A DNA stretch of 64,000 bases. Source: an uncultured Thermoprotei archaeon (lineage in GTDB: Archaea; Thermoproteota; Thermoprotei; Thermofilales; B15-G2). Below are positions 58,622 to 64,000 of this stretch, piece by piece. Each line of letters begins with the position of its first letter. Positions within the stretch are counted from its first letter, which is position 1. The notes below the pieces were generated by a model, which had not been told where the DNA came from, did no database searches, and saw nothing but the letters and a program-made list of their open reading frames with translations. The DNA is taken from assembly GCA_965367815.1 (NCBI GenBank), contig CBDUKN010000001.1:96001-160000 (forward strand). The letters run 5' to 3'. Made by a program: the position numbers and the translations under genes.

Positions 58622-59512
58622 TTAAAAATACTTGTATAGAGGGTGGTCTCGAGACTTCACTCTTATACCGTAGAACCTGTTAGCATAAGAAATAATCGAA
58701 GACAACATTGCACAGAGAGGAAAAACTTCAGGTGCTTTTCTTATTGACCCGTAGATAATGAAGTCTGCTCCATAAGCTATACTGAGTCCTATGATGCCTC
58801 CGACACAGATTTTCTTAGCTTCTTGTCCAAGTTCTTTTACTCTTTTCCAGTAACCGACAACGCCGCAAGGAGCGATGCCGCAGGGGTATCCTAGTTTCTC
58901 TTTAAGGTATTTAAGTGTCTTAAGAGATAGGCCTACACTGGCTAAGTCTAGTACTGTAGGTAGAAGCAGTATATTTTCTACAGAAGAGCATTTAGCTAAA
59001 AGACCGTTTTCGCCTGAGAGCAGCTGTAGTGCTCCTTCAGGTCTAATATTCTTTGGATTAAATGTTTGCATAATAAGGTTTTTTACTTTAAGTTCTTTTA
59101 ATGCTCTAAATTCTTCATCGGGAGAAACGTAGTTAATAGAAGTATATACAACTCTATCATTTAATCCGACTTCATTAACATATTTCATAGCTTCTACTCT
59201 AATTCTCCAAGTAGCTCCGTTTAAGAGAATAGGCTTATCAGTAACAGATGATACGAAGTCGATATATTTCGCGAGAGCCTGGCTTGTTTCTCCAGCCACG
59301 TCAACCATACACGGGACTCCTGTTTTATCGCTCCACTCGTCTTGAATTACAATAAGTTCTTCAGCTTTCTTTCGATCAAACTCTCCTCTAACATGGTCTT
59401 TAACTATTTTGTGCTTATGGTAGAACATGCAGCCTATTAAAACAATAGGGTTTTCTCCTTCTTTTCCACCCAAGTAGATCTCTCCTATCTTCACAGTTTT
59501 TGTAGCACTCAT
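58622..59512 (-). CDS. mtrH: tetrahydromethanopterin S-methyltransferase subunit H-like (pterin:corrinoid methyltransferase)
   Basis: GGKEGENP.VLIGCMFY.KHKIV, EFDRKKAEELI, GADFIIYG, HPLYK. Confidence 0.8.
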   Translation of the reverse strand: MSATKTVKIGEIYLGGKEGENPIVLIGCMFYHKHKIVKDHVRGEFDRKKAEELIVIQDEWSDKTGVPCMVDVAGETSQALAKYIDFVSSVTDKPILLNGATWRIRVEAMKYVNEVGLNDRVVYTSINYVSPDEEFRALKELKVKNLIMQTFNPKNIRPEGALQLLSGENGLLAKCSSVENILLLPTVLDLASVGLSLKTLKYLKEKLGYPCGIAPCGVVGYWKRVKELGQEAKKICVGGIIGLSIAYGADFIIYGSIRKAPEVFPLCAMLSSIISYANRFYGIRVKSRDHPLYKYF

Positions 59513-59526
59513 TTGCCTCTACTAAT

Positions 59527-60228
59527 TCATTCGGCGAGCTGTTTAAAGAACTTTAGGAGTCTTACAACTCTATGTATATTTCTTTCATCAAGATATTTTT
59601 CTCTAGATAAAATATACTCATATACTTTACGTGGACGCAGTATAGGAACGCCTTCCCATGTTTGTTCCCGAATTTTAATATCTCCTGCAATGACTACAAT
59701 AGGCTCTACGGGTACACCCAGTAAGCTGTAAAGTTTGTCTGCATAGCTTTTCACTTGAATAACAGGCGACTTAATAAGTCTTGAGTTGTGTCTAGAGAAG
59801 ACTCTTTTCCACGAGCCGCCTTTACGTGGAATAAGGCGTCCCCCCTTCCAGTGCTTTACTTCAATAGCAAAAACACCTGTAGGTCCTACTACAACGAAGT
59901 CTACGTCGCCTCTAATTAAATCGACGCCAGGAAATACATGATAGCTTCTTGGAAGTGATCTTAGTCTCTTAAATACTTCCATTTCTCCCTTAACGCCTTT
60001 CCTGTAACCTACAGCTCTTTTTACACAAAAACCTGCTAGAAAAGCTAATGCTACGGAAAGAGCTGTTAGAGAAAGCCTTACTGTAAGCTCCTCTAGCGGA
60101 AGATTCCAGACAACAAGAGGTAGAAGAAACGAGAGAGCAATTAGTATAATAGCTGAGGCGGTGTAAAGCCGCGTGAGCTTAGATAGCCTTGTGGCGACTC
60201 TGCCATGTATTCTAGCCACTACTTTCAC
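59527..60228 (-). CDS. membrane-anchored NERD (PD-(D/E)xK) nuclease-related protein
   Basis: Two N-terminal TM segments, GVKGE, DVDFVVVGPTGVFAIEVK, SPVIQ. Confidence 0.85.
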   Translation of the reverse strand: MKVVARIHGRVATRLSKLTRLYTASAIILIALSFLLPLVVWNLPLEELTVRLSLTALSVALAFLAGFCVKRAVGYRKGVKGEMEVFKRLRSLPRSYHVFPGVDLIRGDVDFVVVGPTGVFAIEVKHWKGGRLIPRKGGSWKRVFSRHNSRLIKSPVIQVKSYADKLYSLLGVPVEPIVVIAGDIKIREQTWEGVPILRPRKVYEYILSREKYLDERNIHRVVRLLKFFKQLAE

Positions 60229-60270
60229 TACCCTATTGAATAAAATAAAGATTTTAGTTCCTTAAGTTAC

Positions 60271-61557
60271 TTAACTTAAAATAGCTTCATGTACTTTTTC
60301 TAAAGGTACTGTTACTTGCTTTTTCTCCTTTAAATCTTTTATTGATATTTCTCTAGAGGATACTTCTTTTTCTCCTATTATGGCTAAGTAGCGGTATCCT
60401 GTTTTAACTGCGTACTTAATAGCGTCTCTTATACTCCTGCTAGTGTAGTCTAGTGAAGCCGAGAGACCTTTTTCCCTTAAAATGTATGCTGCTTTAACTG
60501 CTTCCTTGAAGTACTTGCCGAAGAAGAACACTAGAACTTTATTTTCTTCTTGAATCCATGGAGTTTTACCGTATTCTTTAAGTAAGAGAGCTATTCTATC
60601 GACTCCTAATGCAAATCCTGTTGCAGGAAGCCCTGGCTCTCTATACAATCCTATTAGTTCATCATAGCGTCCTCCTCCACCTATTGACAACCTGTTCCAT
60701 TTTTCTCCTTTCCCACCATAGGTCTCGAAAACTAAGCCTGTATAGTATTCTAGTCCCCTGACTATCGAGCAGTCTAGTTTAAACAAATCTAGTACTCCAT
60801 AGCTGTCCAGGAGCTCTACTAGTTTTTTGAAAAATTCACTTAACTCTGAATCTACATCCTTTACGAAGTCAATCGAATCTCTTAGAGGAATTAGAGTTGA
60901 GGAAAAGTCGGCTATTTTTATGCAAGTATCTTTCGGCAGGCCTAGTCTACTCAAACCGCTTAAAAATTCTTCTTCACTTATCTTCTTCCTCTTATCGATT
61001 AATCTGCAGACTTCTCCAAAAATAGTTTTGGGAACACCCATCTTACCTAAAGCTTTTTCGACAAGTCTCCTGTCGCAGATAAGTATCCTGAGGTCAGGTA
61101 CATCTACTTTCTTCAAGCACTCTGCCGCTAGCGCCAGTACTTCTACGTCAGCCTCTACATTCTTTAACCCCACTAGCTCTACGCCGAATTGCCAGAATTC
61201 TCTCCAGCGCCCAGCTTGAGGCTCGTCGTATCTCCAAGCACGGCCAAAATAACACCACTTAATTGGCTTAGGTAGCTCAGGGCGAGCTGCAATAGCTCGG
61301 GCTAGAGGAACAGTGTAGTCGAAGCGTATGCCCAGCTCGCGTCCCGCTTTATCTTTAAACCAGTAAATTTCATCTACTACGCTGGGCCCGGCTTTCTTTT
61401 TAAGTATCTCTAAGTGCTCTAATATAGGTGCTTCTACAGGAGAATATCCCCAGAGAACAGCTATTTCAGTAAATTTTTCTCCAAGCCACTTTAGTGCTTT
61501 CCACTCTTCTGGCAAGTAGTCTCTAAATCCGCGAGGAGGCTGTAGCAGAGTGAATAT
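60271..61557 (-). CDS. hisS: histidyl-tRNA synthetase (probable non-canonical ATA start at 61557)
   Basis: QPPRGFRDYLP lies upstream of the track's TTG; RYDEPQAGRWREFWQ, RGLEYYTG, GGGRYD. Confidence 0.93.
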   Translation of the reverse strand: MFTLLQPPRGFRDYLPEEWKALKWLGEKFTEIAVLWGYSPVEAPILEHLEILKKKAGPSVVDEIYWFKDKAGRELGIRFDYTVPLARAIAARPELPKPIKWCYFGRAWRYDEPQAGRWREFWQFGVELVGLKNVEADVEVLALAAECLKKVDVPDLRILICDRRLVEKALGKMGVPKTIFGEVCRLIDKRKKISEEEFLSGLSRLGLPKDTCIKIADFSSTLIPLRDSIDFVKDVDSELSEFFKKLVELLDSYGVLDLFKLDCSIVRGLEYYTGLVFETYGGKGEKWNRLSIGGGGRYDELIGLYREPGLPATGFALGVDRIALLLKEYGKTPWIQEENKVLVFFFGKYFKEAVKAAYILREKGLSASLDYTSRSIRDAIKYAVKTGYRYLAIIGEKEVSSREISIKDLKEKKQVTVPLEKVHEAILS

Positions 61558-61645
61558 GGATCACCTCCATTTAAAATACTGTGCGGTATATAAGCTTGTA
61601 TCTTGTTTCGGCAAGTTCTATATACTAGGTTTTAAGGAAATACTC

Positions 61646-62581
61646 GTGGAGCCGCGGGAACGCTTCATTAGGGCTCTTTTGCTCGAAGAACCTGATAAAG
61701 TGCCGATGTTCGAGTTAGAGGTACAGATAGCGGAGAAAGTTGTCGGCCGGAAACTGATTGTAGGTGAAGATTATAAGAAAATGGTGAATGAAGGCAAGGC
61801 AGACAAGGTCTTAAAACATAATGTCGAGGTGCAAGTAGAGGTTTCGAGAAAACTGGGCTATGATGCGGTCAGGCTATACGCTGTACCTGACTTAGTTGAA
61901 GCAATTCGGCTTGCTAAAAAACTAGCTCCTGAGCTAGCAGTAATCGGGTCTGCTGACGGCACTATGAGTGTTCCCGGAAGTTACGCTGATTTCGCTAAGC
62001 TCATCCGGAGAATGAGGAAAGAGAGAGCTCAGCTCAAGAAAGAGCTCGAAGACTCTACTAGAAAAAACATCGAGTCCGCTAAAGCACAGATAGACGCGGG
62101 AGCAGACGCAATAGTAGGCTGCAGCGACTACTGTACTAACTCAGGGCCGTTTCTTAATCCAAAAGACTTTGAGGAGCTTATTGCATACTACTTAAAACAG
62201 CTTGTAGACGCGATTCACAGAAAAGGAGGACTATATATTAAGCATACAGACGGCAACTTGTGGCCAGTAATAGATATTCTTGTCTCAACGGGTATCGATG
62301 CACTCCACTCAATAGACCCTACGGCCGGCATGGACTTAGGTGAAGTTAAAGAGAAGTACGGTGACAGGCTCTGCTTATGCGGCAACATAGATATAGGCTT
62401 AATGCATAGGGGAACACCACAAGAAGTGTATAGAGCGTCAGTTGAGTGTATAAGAAAGGCGGCTTACGGAGGAGGATATATTCTCTGCACAAGCAATGTT
62501 GTTGAAATAAATCATCCGCTAGAGAATGTCCTAGCGATGTTTAAAGCGAGAGACAAATATGGAAGATATCCTCTAGTCTAA
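61646..62581 (+). CDS. uroporphyrinogen decarboxylase / MtaA-CmuA-like methyltransferase family protein
   Basis: EPRERF..L..EEPDKVP, HTDGN, CGNID, GGYILCTSN; likely GTG start at 61646. Confidence 0.85.
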   Translation: MEPRERFIRALLLEEPDKVPMFELEVQIAEKVVGRKLIVGEDYKKMVNEGKADKVLKHNVEVQVEVSRKLGYDAVRLYAVPDLVEAIRLAKKLAPELAVIGSADGTMSVPGSYADFAKLIRRMRKERAQLKKELEDSTRKNIESAKAQIDAGADAIVGCSDYCTNSGPFLNPKDFEELIAYYLKQLVDAIHRKGGLYIKHTDGNLWPVIDILVSTGIDALHSIDPTAGMDLGEVKEKYGDRLCLCGNIDIGLMHRGTPQEVYRASVECIRKAAYGGGYILCTSNVVEINHPLENVLAMFKARDKYGRYPLV

Positions 62582-63678
62582 AACCTCTTCAAGCCTACAA
62601 TTAAGTTGTGTAGTTTGGGTCTAAAGCGCACTATTTTCTTATTCTCTCTCGAGGGATGAACTCTGTTCGTAAGAAACACTACGAAGAGATCTAGCTCGGG
62701 GTCTATCCACAGGGATGTTCCAGTAAAACCAGTGTGACCATAAGCGAGGTCCGAAAATAGGTCTCCACAAGAAGCACCTTTATCTTTCAGCTGCCAGCCA
62801 AGACCTCTTCTAGCACTAAGTCCCTCTGTGTGACATTTAGTCATTTCTTCTACACTTCTCTTAGATAATACTCTCACTTCATTAAGTGTACCTTTATTCA
62901 ACATCATTTGGGCGAAAATAGATAAGTCGAGCGCCGTCGAGAAAAGCCCGGCGTGCCCTGCTACACCGCCCATAGCGTAAGAGTTTTCATCGTGTACTTC
63001 GCCCCAAATAAGCTTTTTCCTCCACTTACATATCTCAGTAGCCGCTACTCTGTCTCTAAGTTCTCTAGGAGGATTAAACATAGTGTCTTTCATACCCAAA
63101 GGAGCGAATATATTGGCTTCTGTAAACTCTGAAAGCCTTTGTCCAGCGAGCTCTTCAACAATGTATCCTAGTAAAATAAAGCCTATATCGCTGTAAACAA
63201 CGCGAGTTCCCGGCTCGTAGGTTAGGAAAACGCCTGTACATATTTCATCAATTATTTCTTCCACTGAGCTACACCTGTAGTAGAATGGTTCATGCGGAGG
63301 AAAGCCTGCTGTATGAGTTAATAAGTGTCTTATAGTTACTTTATCTTTGAAGGGACCTTTAAACGAAGGTAAGTAATCCTGAACTTTATCGTCTAAAGCT
63401 AAGAGACCTCTCTCGATCAGAATCATAATGCTAGTGGCTGTAGCTATAGGCTTAGTTAAACTCGCTAAATCAAAAATAGTGTTTTCTTTCATTGGTTTCT
63501 TTTCTTCAACTATAACAGAGTAGCCGTAAGCCTTAATGTAGCCTACTCCTTTACTGCATCCAAGAGCAATAACAGCGCCTGGATAAACATCTCCTACACC
63601 CTTTTTAATGAATTCGTCGAGTTCACTTAGCCTGTTTAGATAATATCCCATTTCAGCTAAAATTTCCTTATTAATCAT
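62578..63678 (-). CDS. beta-lactamase-fold serine hydrolase (AmiE-like)
   Basis: ASLTK (SxxK), LLTHTAG, YSD, GEVHDEN, GHAGLFS, GHTGFTG. Confidence 0.88.
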   Translation of the reverse strand: MINKEILAEMGYYLNRLSELDEFIKKGVGDVYPGAVIALGCSKGVGYIKAYGYSVIVEEKKPMKENTIFDLASLTKPIATATSIMILIERGLLALDDKVQDYLPSFKGPFKDKVTIRHLLTHTAGFPPHEPFYYRCSSVEEIIDEICTGVFLTYEPGTRVVYSDIGFILLGYIVEELAGQRLSEFTEANIFAPLGMKDTMFNPPRELRDRVAATEICKWRKKLIWGEVHDENSYAMGGVAGHAGLFSTALDLSIFAQMMLNKGTLNEVRVLSKRSVEEMTKCHTEGLSARRGLGWQLKDKGASCGDLFSDLAYGHTGFTGTSLWIDPELDLFVVFLTNRVHPSRENKKIVRFRPKLHNLIVGLKRF

Positions 63679-63735
63679 GTTTTACTGAAGTAAGTGACTG
63701 CCTAAAGTATTAAAAGCTTTTATCAAAGGAAAACT

Positions 63736-64000
63736 GTGCTAGGAACCTTACTGAATGCAGCTGGAGTAGCATTAGGAGCATCTATAGGGCTTCTTCTACG
63801 TAGAGGTATTCCCAAGGAGCTCGAAGAGAAGATATTCGATGCAGTAGGCCTCTTTACAGTAGCCTTAGGCATAGTAATGTCATGTTCTATTGAAAGACCT
63901 GTAGCAACAGTCTTGGGACTACTAGCTGGAAGTATTTTGGGAAGCTTTCTCAAAATAGAAGAAAACTTAAGCAAAATCGGAAGCATTATAAAGAAAGAAG
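63736..64000 (+). CDS. DUF554 family membrane protein (truncated by the window edge)
   Basis: GTG start; MLGTLLNAAGVALGASIGLLL...AVGLFTVALG...LGSFLKIEE. Confidence 0.75.
   Translation, partial: MLGTLLNAAGVALGASIGLLLRRGIPKELEEKIFDAVGLFTVALGIVMSCSIERPVATVLGLLAGSILGSFLKIEENLSKIGSIIKKE

Noticed and set aside
58622-59512. mtrH as evidence of methanogenesis
   Set aside because: No other mtr or mcr genes in the window, and orphan MtrH homologues occur in non-methanogens.
61557-61569. TGGATCACCTCC, identical to the 16S rRNA 3' end
   Set aside because: No flanking rRNA sequence; it is the minus-strand SD of hisS.
1027-63986. Numerous 60-137 aa ORFs antisense to or nested in confident genes (e.g. 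1027-1293, 9143-9544, 24389-24802, 32462-32857, 60827-61219, 63723-63986)
   Set aside because: Shadow ORFs with Ser/Phe/Leu-rich composition and no motifs, opposite well-supported genes.
1-64000. CRISPR arrays, tRNA and rRNA genes, integrases
   Set aside because: No regularly spaced repeats, GC-rich cloverleaf or recombinase motifs seen by eye; an intron-split tRNA cannot be fully excluded without tRNAscan-SE.

Overview
64 kb of archaeal chromosome, most likely a thermophilic Thermoproteota (Thermofilales-like by gene content; inference). It shows TATA-box promoters close to start codons, frequent GTG/TTG starts, and archaeal-type TrpRS, HisRS, AlaX, DNA ligase and geranylgeranyl reductase. 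The window is densely coding, with housekeeping genes and many carbohydrate-scavenging enzymes (GH172, GH99-like, GHL10-like pair, FGGY kinase, IolB, GlcNAc/MurNAc kinase-like, AmiE-like). It also holds a DtxR-FeoA-FeoB operon with a palindromic operator, two toxin-antitoxin pairs and several decayed genes (GH4, two ABC remnants, a frameshifted Gfo/Idh/MocA). I saw no rRNA, tRNA, CRISPR array or recognisable IS element. Most notable: (1) a two-gene operon at 57413-58548 encoding a Zn-ribbon/winged-helix protein and a protein resembling the eukaryotic TRAPP subunit Bet3; (2) a KaiC-like ATPase co-transcribed with two ~8-TM proteins carrying DUF835-like inactivated-ATPase tails; (3) hisS with no ATG/GTG/TTG upstream of its conserved N-terminal motif but an ATA codon behind a 12-nt anti-SD complement; (4) an uncalled 59-aa ORF behind a perfect 24-bp palindrome; (5) candidate C/D-box sRNAs. 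All family calls come from motif recognition by eye, not database searches.
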